Source of the DNA: Candidatus Kerfeldbacteria bacterium
Lineage (GTDB): Bacteria; Patescibacteriota; Patescibacteriia; SBBC01; JACPUP01
NCBI GenBank assembly: GCA_016192205.1
Contig: JACPUP010000050.1
Location: 1 to 33,269 of the forward strand
DNA: 33,269 nucleotides
Reading direction: 5' to 3'
In this document: in pieces, positions 16,884-26,776 of the stretch
Position numbering within the stretch: the stretch's first letter is position 1
Layout of the letters: each line of letters opens with the position of its first letter
Notes under the pieces: generated by a model
Database searches by the model: none
What the model saw: the letters and a program-made list of their open reading frames with translations, nothing else
What the model was told of the DNA's origin: nothing
Translations under genes and position numbers: made by a program

Positions 16884-18272
16884 CTAACTCGCCGACTTCG
16901 CCGCCAGCACCACCAACGGGGTGCGCAACAGAATCTGGAGGTCGATCCGCAGCGACCAATTCTCAATGTAGAAGGTGTCGAGCCGCACCTCCTCTTCGAA
17001 GGACAAATCCGACCGGCCGGAAATTTGTGCCATCCCGGTAATCCCTGGCTTGATTTCCAACAGCTTCAAGTGATGCTTCTCGTACTTGGCGACCTCTTCC
17101 GGTTCATGCGGCCGCGGACCAACGAGGGACATCTGACCCCGAATGACGTTCCAGAGCTGCGGCAACTCGTCGATGGAGAAGCGACGGATGAACCGGCCCA
17201 CGCGCGTGACACGCGGATCATTTTTTATTTTGAACAGCGGTCCGTCCCCGCGTTCATTCAGCGCAACGAGATTCTGCTTCAGCGCCTGCGCGTTCTTGAC
17301 CATCGACCGGAACTTGTAGACAACAAAGGGCTTCCCCTTCTCACCGATGCGCTGGAGCGAGAGGAAGACCGACCCTTCCGAGTCGAGCTTTACCGCGATC
17401 GCCGTCACGACGAACACGGGCGAGAGGATGGTGAGCAGCAGCGTCCCGAAGACCGCATCAAACACACGCTTGAGGATTCGTCCCCACCCATCAAGGGCCG
17501 TCCGGCGAATTTCCAAGATAGGTACACCGCCGATGGCGCTGATGTCAATGTTCGAGACTTGCGCGTCAAAAATGTCCGCCGCGTACTTGAAGATGATATG
17601 GTGTTGCGCGGCAAAATCCAGCAGGCGCTGCCGGTGCGCACGATCGAGCTGCGGGTCGGCAATCACGATCTCGTCGAAATGCAGCAGCGCGCGTTTCTCC
17701 GCGAGCGTGGCCAGGGCTGCATCCGAGGCATCATCGAGCCGCTGGACGACCTTGAACCCTAACAGTTTATTGGTCGCGAGGTAGCCGATGAGGTCCTCGG
17801 TGGTCTGATCGGAACCGACGACCACGATCTGGTGGACACCGATGCCTTTCCGGAAGAACGCATGCTGGATGGCCCGCACCACCAGGCGGCCGAACGAGAC
17901 GAAGAGCATCGCCAACACCCAGCCAGCTAGGATGATGAACCGCGAGGAGAACAGGTCACGGTTGAAAAACGTCAGCAGGACGATGAGGACGAATCCGGTT
18001 GAGCAGGCCAGGAAAATTTTAGCTATCTCGTCAACCGCCCGCCGTGTGGCGCGGAAAGCGTACAACCCTGACATGGCAAAGATGGCGATCCAGCCGACGA
18101 GCACGAGCACGATAATGCGGGCGAACTCACCGAACGGGAGTTCGTACAACACCGGACGGATATCGGTCAGCGCGGTGAAACGCAGGTAGTACGCAACGCT
18201 CGCTGCGGCGAGCAGCATGAGAATATCAACCGGAACGAGGAGGGCTGAAAACGCAAGCTCAGAACGTTTCAT
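16884..18272 (-). CDS. Priming polyprenyl-phosphate hexose-1-phosphate transferase (WcaJ/CpsE/WbaP family)
   Basis: N-terminal TMs, KRVFD, YKFRSM, DPRVTRVGRFIRRFSIDELPQLWNV..MSLVGPRP, KPGITG; start set at MKRSE, outside the RNase P gene. Confidence 0.95.
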   Translation of the reverse strand: MKRSELAFSALLVPVDILMLLAAASVAYYLRFTALTDIRPVLYELPFGEFARIIVLVLVGWIAIFAMSGLYAFRATRRAVDEIAKIFLACSTGFVLIVLLTFFNRDLFSSRFIILAGWVLAMLFVSFGRLVVRAIQHAFFRKGIGVHQIVVVGSDQTTEDLIGYLATNKLLGFKVVQRLDDASDAALATLAEKRALLHFDEIVIADPQLDRAHRQRLLDFAAQHHIIFKYAADIFDAQVSNIDISAIGGVPILEIRRTALDGWGRILKRVFDAVFGTLLLTILSPVFVVTAIAVKLDSEGSVFLSLQRIGEKGKPFVVYKFRSMVKNAQALKQNLVALNERGDGPLFKIKNDPRVTRVGRFIRRFSIDELPQLWNVIRGQMSLVGPRPHEPEEVAKYEKHHLKLLEIKPGITGMAQISGRSDLSFEEEVRLDTFYIENWSLRIDLQILLRTPLVVLAAKSAS

Positions 18273-18278
18273 ACGCAT

Positions 18279-18300
18279 GACCCCGCATGGCAGCGGGGTC
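18279..18300 (-). other. GC-rich hairpin without U-tract between rnpB and the sugar transferase
   Basis: GACCCCGC/GCGGGGTC 8-bp stem, 6-nt loop, 6 nt before ATG 18272. Confidence 0.6.
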
Positions 18301-18314
18301 TCTCTGGTCGAGGC

Positions 18315-18893
18315 TTGCCGGAGAAAGCCTGTAAGCCGAATTCTGTCCACCTCCGCCAAGGCTCCGGCGGACAAGTTCTTCGTTGAACGTGCCTGCCAGC
18401 CGAGGCCTCGGCGAAGGCTGGATGATCATCTCTCTGGTCCGGCCATTGCTGACCGGTTCTAGCGACCAACCCGTCCCGCCGGAAAGCGGGACCTACTTGG
18501 TCTTGCACCGGGTAGGGTTTGCCCCAGTCCGATTTCACAATCGGTCTGCGTGGGCTCTTACATCCACCTCCGTCCGGGTTGAGCCGGACTTTGGCGGACG
18601 AGTCGTCATCCGACTCCCCACGATTTCACCCTTGCCGTGTCCCGATAAGGAAGGACGTCAGGCGGTATGTTTCTGTTGCCAGCGCTGCCCGTCCTTACGA
18701 ACAGGCAGGCTGCGACCGAGCGCGGTTCGACTTTCCCTGGGCTTCGTTCAAGTTCAAAGATTCGCGCGAGCGCCTTTGACACTTCTACTCCCGGTCCCCG
18801 TTAGGGACTACCCATTTTCAAGGTGTTCGGACTTTCCTCTCCCCGCGACGCCGCAAAGCGAGCGGACAGCGATCATCCGGCTTTCTCCGGCAA
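18315..18893 (-). ncRNA. rnpB: RNase P RNA (type A-like, unusually long, ~580 nt)
   Basis: Perfect 15-bp P1 (18879-18893 with 18315-18329); CR-I GAGGAAAGUCC (18829-18839); CR-II AACAGAAA (18670-18677); AAGGGUGAAA; GCAAGACCAA; CR-V ACAGAAUUCGGCUUA (18332-18346). Confidence 0.96.
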
Positions 18894-18898
18894 CCGAT

Positions 18899-18927
18899 AC
18901 TATACCCGACAATACCCGCACTGTCAA
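18899..18927 (-). promoter_or_regulatory. Near-consensus sigma70 promoter of rnpB
   Basis: TTGACA, 17 nt, TATAGT, ending 5 nt before the P1 5' strand. Confidence 0.85.
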
Positions 18928-18952
18928 TGCGGGGTTGGATCAAGGAATGCAC

Positions 18953-20203
18953 CTACGACAGAAATCGCACTGCGCCGGACCGCACGGCCTCGTCGGCGTA
19001 CAAGAACATCCCGGCTGACCAGGCCTGTTCGACGAACCCGCGCGGCTCGCCTGTTTGACCGTGGAACCATTCGTTGAACTCCCACTCCACCGTCTTGCCC
19101 CGGCGGTTGAGCTCGGCCAGCTGCGCCAGCTCGCGCTTCGCCTCCACCATCCGCCCCGCCTTGACGAGCGCGGCCACGTAGAACCCGCCAATGAACGGCC
19201 AGATGCCACCGTTGTGGTACTGGTGCGGCAAGTTGAGGTTGCCAAAACGGTAGTAATACCGCCAGTCCTTCTGGTTCGGATGGATGGGCGGATCAATGGC
19301 GCGGATGGGAAATGGTTTGGCCAGGCCGCGACGCTCGATGAACGCCAGAATGGCCTTCCCCTGGAGTGGTGAGGCCACGCCCGTCAAGATGGCGAGGAGG
19401 TTGCCGAGCGTATCGAACCACTCGCCAAAGTCCTTGAACGTCACGTACGGCAAATAGTACGATGCAGCGCGGAGGATGGTCTTTTTGGGCAGGATGAGCT
19501 TCCGGCCCAGGCGATCCTTCCCCGAGACGAACCGATTGAAGTAGCTCCGCTGGATAATGGCGGAGAGGTCTTGGTCTGGTGTGTACCACAGAAAATCGTT
19601 GACCTGCCGTTTGACACCGGTACTTAACGCCCGATAGCTCCGGGCGCGTGCTGCCTGGCCGAGTTGGCGCGCCCACCGGCTGGCTCGCGCCAGCGCAGCC
19701 GCGTACAGGACATTGAGCGTCAAAGCTTTATCGCGGACAGCGAACTGGTCTTCCCAGTCCGCGCCCTCGCGCATGTGAATAAGCCCGCTCTGGTCCACGT
19801 CCTGGTGGGCGTACCAGTCGAGCGTTTTCGTCACCGATGGCCAGAGCCGGCGCAGGAACGCTCGGTCGCGGTGTCGCTCGGCGACAGCCGTAATGCCGAT
19901 GACGTACCAGAGGCCGCTGTCCGCACCGGCAGTGTAATTCGGGCGCCGCGTCTCGACTGAAACGTTGTTCGGAATGAGGCCCAGGGGCGTCTGGAATGTG
20001 GCGAGCGCGGCAATGCTTGAACGGATAGCCGTCTGCAGTCGGGCGTCATCAACGAAGAGCGCGCCGAGTGCAGCAATCATGCTGTCACGTGCCCAAACTT
20101 GATAGTGCTCGGACGGTCGGGCCGACGCCTTGATGCCGAGAGGATGCGTGCAGTCGCGCAGGACGCGGGTGGCTTCAACGCGGGCTTGTGCGATGAGATT
20201 CAT
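18953..20203 (-). CDS. Six-hairpin glycosidase, GH100 (neutral invertase)/glycogen-debranching C-terminal-like
   Basis: YQVWARDSMI, DWED, FDTLGNLLAIL, YHNGGIWPFIGGFY, EFNEWFHG..QAWSAG; SD AAGGAG before ATG 20203. Confidence 0.8.
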   Translation of the reverse strand: MNLIAQARVEATRVLRDCTHPLGIKASARPSEHYQVWARDSMIAALGALFVDDARLQTAIRSSIAALATFQTPLGLIPNNVSVETRRPNYTAGADSGLWYVIGITAVAERHRDRAFLRRLWPSVTKTLDWYAHQDVDQSGLIHMREGADWEDQFAVRDKALTLNVLYAAALARASRWARQLGQAARARSYRALSTGVKRQVNDFLWYTPDQDLSAIIQRSYFNRFVSGKDRLGRKLILPKKTILRAASYYLPYVTFKDFGEWFDTLGNLLAILTGVASPLQGKAILAFIERRGLAKPFPIRAIDPPIHPNQKDWRYYYRFGNLNLPHQYHNGGIWPFIGGFYVAALVKAGRMVEAKRELAQLAELNRRGKTVEWEFNEWFHGQTGEPRGFVEQAWSAGMFLYADEAVRSGAVRFLS

Positions 20204-20261
20204 GCGACACTCCTTCGGGCGACCGGCCGGGCCGCCCGCACCATAGTCGAGAGCACCGCGC

Positions 20262-20675
20262 TCATGAACCTGCTGCCTCGTCAAGAGCTTCATTCACGAG
20301 CCGATCCGCAGCCGTGTTCTCCTCGCGGGGGACGTGGGTAAACGTCACGCGATCAAACTCCTGGCAGAGATTGTGGACCTTCACAAACCACACGCCGAGC
20401 TCCTGGTTCTTCATTTTGTACTGACGATTGAGCTGCTTCACCACGAGTTCCGAGTCGAGGAAACACGCAACCTGCGTCGCGCCGAGTCGCTTGGCCTCCT
20501 CTAATCCCATGAGCAGGGCTTGATACTCGGCCTGATTATTCGTCGCTTCGCCCAGGGAGCGCTTCAGGGCGGCGACCGTCTTCCCTCCCTCCCTGAGGAC
20601 AGCGCCCGCACCGGCCGGCCCAGGATTGCCGCGGGCGCCGCCGTCACTGTAGAGGGTCAGGTGTTTCGTCTTCAT
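20262..20675 (-). CDS. rnhA: Ribonuclease HI (RNase HI-like family)
   Basis: YSDGGARGNPGPAG, TNNQAEY, DSELVVKQ, HVPREENTAADRL. Confidence 0.93.
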   Translation of the reverse strand: MKTKHLTLYSDGGARGNPGPAGAGAVLREGGKTVAALKRSLGEATNNQAEYQALLMGLEEAKRLGATQVACFLDSELVVKQLNRQYKMKNQELGVWFVKVHNLCQEFDRVTFTHVPREENTAADRLVNEALDEAAGS

Positions 20676-22401
20676 GCGAATGCCGGGCATCAATCATCTT
20701 CAGTTCAATTTCACGGTTGCCGTTCCACTCATGGACGCCAACCTCGTAGACGACGTCTATTGTATCACCGACCGTCAGCCGCTCGCCATGCTCGCCGAAC
20801 GTAAAGCCAATCATTTTCCGCACGATGTGGTCGCCGCCCGTGACCGCGAGCTTGAGGTGCTGCAAGTCGCCCCCGACGCGTTCAATGGCCGTCACGACGA
20901 CGCCACGGGCAAGGAAGCGTGGTTTCCGATTCCCCACGCCGTAGGGCTCGAGCACCTCCAACCGTTCGACGAGTTCCCAGGTGACATCTTCAATTGCCAG
21001 GACCGCATCGATGACGAGCGATGGTCGAGCATCAATCCCCTTCAGCCGACGGGCCACAACGCGCGACACCTGGCGCTCAAAGGCTGTTCGGCCCGCGCGC
21101 GATTTGAGTGTGAACCCGCAGGCTTGCTCATGGCCGCCGTACCGACTCAAGAGCGACCGGACTTCAGCCAGCGTTTCGATGATGTTCAGCGACTCGATCG
21201 AGCGGCCCGAGGCGACCGTCTCGCCATTGAGCGATCCAAAGACGAACGCCGGTTTGCCGTAGTGCTGGACGAGCTTCCCCGCCACCAAACCGAGGAGGCC
21301 CGGCGACCAGGCCGCATCACCGGCAAAGACTACCGGACCAGCTGGCTGCTCACCAATCTGCTGACGCGAGGCGTCGTAGACGAGCTTGGTCAGCTTCTGA
21401 CGCTCTGTATTCGTGCTCGTGAGGTCGTCGCTCAATGCCGCCGCTTCGGTTTCCTCCGTGCTCATGAGCAGCCGGAAGGCGGTTGAGGCATGATTGAGGC
21501 GGCCGGCCGAGTTGATCCGCGGGCCAATGACAAACGCAACGTCCTCGGCGGTCAGCCGTTCAACCTGCTTGCGCGCCGTGCGGATGAGCGCGTGGAGACC
21601 CAACCGTCGCGTTTTGCGTAGGACGGTCAACCCGTAGCTGACGAGCGTCCGGTTTTCGCCCAGGAGCGGCACCATGTCGGCAATGGTTGAGATCGTCACG
21701 AGGTCGAGGAGCCACTTCTCCCAGCCCTCGGGCAGCTCGCGCCCAAACGTCCGGCCATACGCCGTCTTCTGGAGGAGCGCCTGGACGACCTTGAACGCCA
21801 CGCCGGCTGCCGAGAGCCCTTGGAACGGGTAGGTTTCTCCGGTGAACCACGGGTTGATCAAGGCGTAGGGCTGGGGTCGTTCGGGCGGTTCGTGGTGATG
21901 GTCGGTCACGATGAGATCGAGGCCGAGCTCGGCGGCACGAGCAATTTCAACGACATTCGACGAACCACAGTCGACGGTCACAATGACTTTTGCGCCGCGC
22001 TTGGCTATTGCTTCAATGGCGTTGAGATGTAAACCGTATCCTTCGGTGTGGCGGTACGGGATGTAGACGTCCCAACGGGCACCGAGCGCCCGGAACGTTT
22101 CGGCCAGCGTCGCCGACGCGCAAACGCCATCGGCATCGTAATCGCCGTAGACGACAATGAGCTCTTTGCGCTCGACGGCAGCGATGAGTCGCTCGACCAC
22201 CCGCTCCATCTCACGGAACCGGAATGGATCATGGACATCCTGACTCCAGTCCGGGTGGAGAAATTCGTCCACGGCCGCTTGGGTCGTCAACCCGCGACGG
22301 ACCACCAGGCCGACGAGCACCGGATGGAGCTCGGGAAACTCGCGCGCGCTGTCCGGTGGCGCGGGCGGTGCCAGTTGCCATTGTCGATTCGTGAAACGCA
22401 T
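20644..22401 (-). CDS. recJ: Single-stranded DNA exonuclease RecJ
   Basis: YGDYDADG, EGYG, TVDCG, TDHH, GPRINSAGRL, SGRS, GGH..ACG, EPYGVGN. Confidence 0.97.
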   Translation of the reverse strand: MRFTNRQWQLAPPAPPDSAREFPELHPVLVGLVVRRGLTTQAAVDEFLHPDWSQDVHDPFRFREMERVVERLIAAVERKELIVVYGDYDADGVCASATLAETFRALGARWDVYIPYRHTEGYGLHLNAIEAIAKRGAKVIVTVDCGSSNVVEIARAAELGLDLIVTDHHHEPPERPQPYALINPWFTGETYPFQGLSAAGVAFKVVQALLQKTAYGRTFGRELPEGWEKWLLDLVTISTIADMVPLLGENRTLVSYGLTVLRKTRRLGLHALIRTARKQVERLTAEDVAFVIGPRINSAGRLNHASTAFRLLMSTEETEAAALSDDLTSTNTERQKLTKLVYDASRQQIGEQPAGPVVFAGDAAWSPGLLGLVAGKLVQHYGKPAFVFGSLNGETVASGRSIESLNIIETLAEVRSLLSRYGGHEQACGFTLKSRAGRTAFERQVSRVVARRLKGIDARPSLVIDAVLAIEDVTWELVERLEVLEPYGVGNRKPRFLARGVVVTAIERVGGDLQHLKLAVTGGDHIVRKMIGFTFGEHGERLTVGDTIDVVYEVGVHEWNGNREIELKMIDARHSHEDETPDPLQ

Positions 22402-22404
22402 CGG

Positions 22405-23990
<1,586 letters not shown>

Positions 23991-24000
<10 letters not shown>

Positions 24001-25538
24001 AGTGAGGTTCCGGTCATGACGGCCGGCTTCGGGTGGCCAAGGAGCTCCAAGAGCGTCGGTGCGAGGTCGCCCAGGCGACCGCCAGATCGGAGTTCGTGCG
24101 GACGGCGCACGAGCGCACCCTGGGCAATCACCAATGGAACCGGGCTGTTGGTATGCTCGGTGTTGACGTCACCGTTGGGCTGGAGCATCTGTTCGGCATT
24201 GCCATGGTCGCCGGTGACCACGAGCGTCCCCTGCCGACCCAGAACCAGGTCGGCGATGACGCCGAGGTGCTGGTCAATGACCTCAATGCCCTGGACCGTG
24301 GCCAGGAAATTCCCCGTGTGGCCGAGCATGTCGGCATTCGCGTAGTTGGCGCTGACGAACTCGATACCGCGGTCAATCGCTCGAACGACCTCGCGCGTCA
24401 CCGACGCCGCGCTCATGGCCGGGGCAACGTCGTAGTGCGACACGTCAGGCGATGGCACGGCAATGCGCTCCTCGCCAGCCACTGGATGATCATACCCGCC
24501 GTTGAAGAAATACGTCATATGCGCGTACTTCTCGGTTTCGGCCACGTAGAGTTGCGAGAACCCCGTCAAGGCAACGGGCAACGAGTTCTTGACGTCCTCG
24601 CTCGGGAAGGCCGTCAACACCGGCCCCAGGTCAGGACCAAAATCCGTCATGGCGATGAACTTGAGCTGGCGCAACACGACCTTGCGCCGGAAGCTGCCCG
24701 GATTCCTCGCATTGAATTGCGGCTGGACGAACGCCTTGGAGAGCTGCCGGGCGCGGTCTGACCGCAGGTTAAAGAAGATGACGGCATCACGGTGACCGAT
24801 GCGGCCGGTTCTCTCATACCGCGCCAGCACCGTCGGCAACACGAACTCGTCCGTTTCCCCGCGGTCGTAGGCAGCCCGGACGGCACTGACCGCATCGGGC
24901 GCGACCTCCCCTTTTCCTCGTGTCAAGCAATCGTACGCACGCTCGGTGTACTTCCAGACCTTCTTCCGCTCCATTGCGTAATGCCGACCGATGATACTGG
25001 CGATTTTCACGTTCGGCGGCAACCCGCGGGAAATCTGCCGGATGAGGAGCAACCCGTGGCGCGGATTGGCGTCGCGGCCGTCGGTGAACAGGTGGAGGAA
25101 TACACGCGGCACATTCCGTTTGCGCACGAGTGTCAGGAGCGCCAGGAGGTGGTCGGGGTTGGCATGCGCGCTTTGGTGCGCCGACACGAGCCCCATGATG
25201 TGGAGCTTGGAACGCGCCTGTTCCGCGTGAACGATGGCCTCGTTCAAAGCCGGATTCTTGAAGAACGTCCCGTCATCGATCGCGCGCGAAATCCGGACGG
25301 CGTCCTGCAGCACCACCCGGCCACCGCCGATGTTCAGGTGCCCGGCTTCGGAATTGCCCACCTGATTGGCGGGTAAACCAACGGCCACGCCCGAGGCGGC
25401 CAGGAGCGTTGACGGGAACGACGTTTGCAGTCCGGCGAAATGCGGCGTGCGCGCGCTCGCAATGGCATTCCCCTTCGAACGGGGCGCCCACCCAAATCCA
25501 TCCAGAATCACCAGGACAATCGGTGCGGACTCACCCAT
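23991..25538 (-). CDS. gpmI: 2,3-bisphosphoglycerate-independent phosphoglycerate mutase, copy 2 (more divergent)
   Basis: LDGFG, GNSEAGH, DGRD, GRHYAMER, AETEKYAHMT, NADMLGHTG, TGDHGN; ATG 25538 overlaps the eno end. Confidence 0.93.
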
Positions 25539-26772
25539 GGAGCTCCTCGGCAATGGCCACGAGCCGGTCGTACTTGGCCACGCGCTCGGGCGCATATGGA
25601 CCACCGGCTTTCAAGTACGTCACGCCCAAGGCAACGGCGAAGTCAGCAATGAAGGAGTCGAGGGTCTCGCCCGACCGGTTGGACATGACGGTCGACGCCT
25701 GGTGCTCGTCCGCGAGCTCGCGCGCTTGCACGGTCTCGGTGACCGTGCCGATTTGGTTTGGCTTGAGCAGGACGCCAATCCGGAGCTCGCGGCTGAACGC
25801 CTCACGGATGCGCGTCGGGTTGGTCGTGAGAAAATCATCGCCAATGACCGCCACCGAGCCCGACAGCAGATGGGAAGCGATGCCCCACCCATCCCAATCA
25901 TCTTGGTTCAGCGGGTCCTCGACGAGCTTCAAGGGGAACCGGCTGATCCACGACTGGTAGATGCGACAGAGCTGCTCGGCGTTCAGCGTCGTCCCCTCGG
26001 GTGAGAGGTGGTACAGGTTGTCGTGCGGCCCATAAAACTCCGAGGCGGCAGCGTCAATGCCAAGCGACGCGGCTATCTGCGTTCGGCCGATGGCTTCTTC
26101 GATCACCGCGAACACCTCCTCGTGGCTCCGGAGGGGAGCGGTGTAGGTCCCCTCCATCCCCGATTGGACGCGCAACCCGCGCTCTTGGAGGACCGTCCCG
26201 AGCGTATCGAAGGCACGCCGCACCTCATCCATCTGCTGGCGCGTGGAGTCGGCCTGGGGGATGATGTGGAATTCCTGAACGGACAGCGCCGTGTCGGCGT
26301 GGCGTCCGCCTTCGAAGACGTTGACCAGCGGACGAGGCAATCCGGTCGGAAGCTTTCGGCCGTACACGTGCGCCAAATAGGCGTAGAGCGGCTGGCCAAC
26401 CGACTGCGACAGCGCGCGCGAGAGCGCCAGCGACACGGACAGGAGAGCGTTCGCGCCCAACCGGTGTTTGTTCGGCGTCCCGTCCAATGCCACGAGTTGC
26501 GCGTCAATGGTTGGCAGGTCGGCTGGTTGCCCTTTGAGCGCTGCGGCGAGTTCACCATTCACGTTAGCCATGGCGCGCGTGACGCCCTTCCCCCCTGCGA
26601 CCGCGGGATCGCCGTCGCGTAATTCCAAGGCTTCGTATCGCCCGGTGGACGTGCCGGAGGGCACGGACGCGCTGGCGTGGGTGCCGTCGGACAGCACAAC
26701 GCTCGTTTCAAGGGTGGGCACGCCGCGGGAATCGGGAATGGTCTCGGCAGTGAGACGTTGAATCGAGTGCAT
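25531..26772 (-). CDS. eno: Enolase (divergent)
   Basis: DSRGVPT, PSGTSTG..EALELRD, LGANA, QEF, DAAASEFY, EDP, GDD, KPNQIGT, RSGET, ERVAKY. Confidence 0.93.
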   Translation of the reverse strand: MHSIQRLTAETIPDSRGVPTLETSVVLSDGTHASASVPSGTSTGRYEALELRDGDPAVAGGKGVTRAMANVNGELAAALKGQPADLPTIDAQLVALDGTPNKHRLGANALLSVSLALSRALSQSVGQPLYAYLAHVYGRKLPTGLPRPLVNVFEGGRHADTALSVQEFHIIPQADSTRQQMDEVRRAFDTLGTVLQERGLRVQSGMEGTYTAPLRSHEEVFAVIEEAIGRTQIAASLGIDAAASEFYGPHDNLYHLSPEGTTLNAEQLCRIYQSWISRFPLKLVEDPLNQDDWDGWGIASHLLSGSVAVIGDDFLTTNPTRIREAFSRELRIGVLLKPNQIGTVTETVQARELADEHQASTVMSNRSGETLDSFIADFAVALGVTYLKAGGPYAPERVAKYDRLVAIAEELHG

Positions 26773-26776
26773 AGCG

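Noticed and set aside
18315-18893. 15-bp terminal inverted repeats suggesting a MITE/IS
   Set aside because: They are the two strands of RNase P helix P1
18273-19018. ORF 18383..19018 (+) and the sugar-transferase extension to 18374
   Set aside because: Both overlap the RNase P RNA gene; translations look non-protein-like
20644-20675. 32-nt recJ/rnhA overlap as a frameshift or fusion
   Set aside because: Both proteins are complete; short overlaps are common in this window
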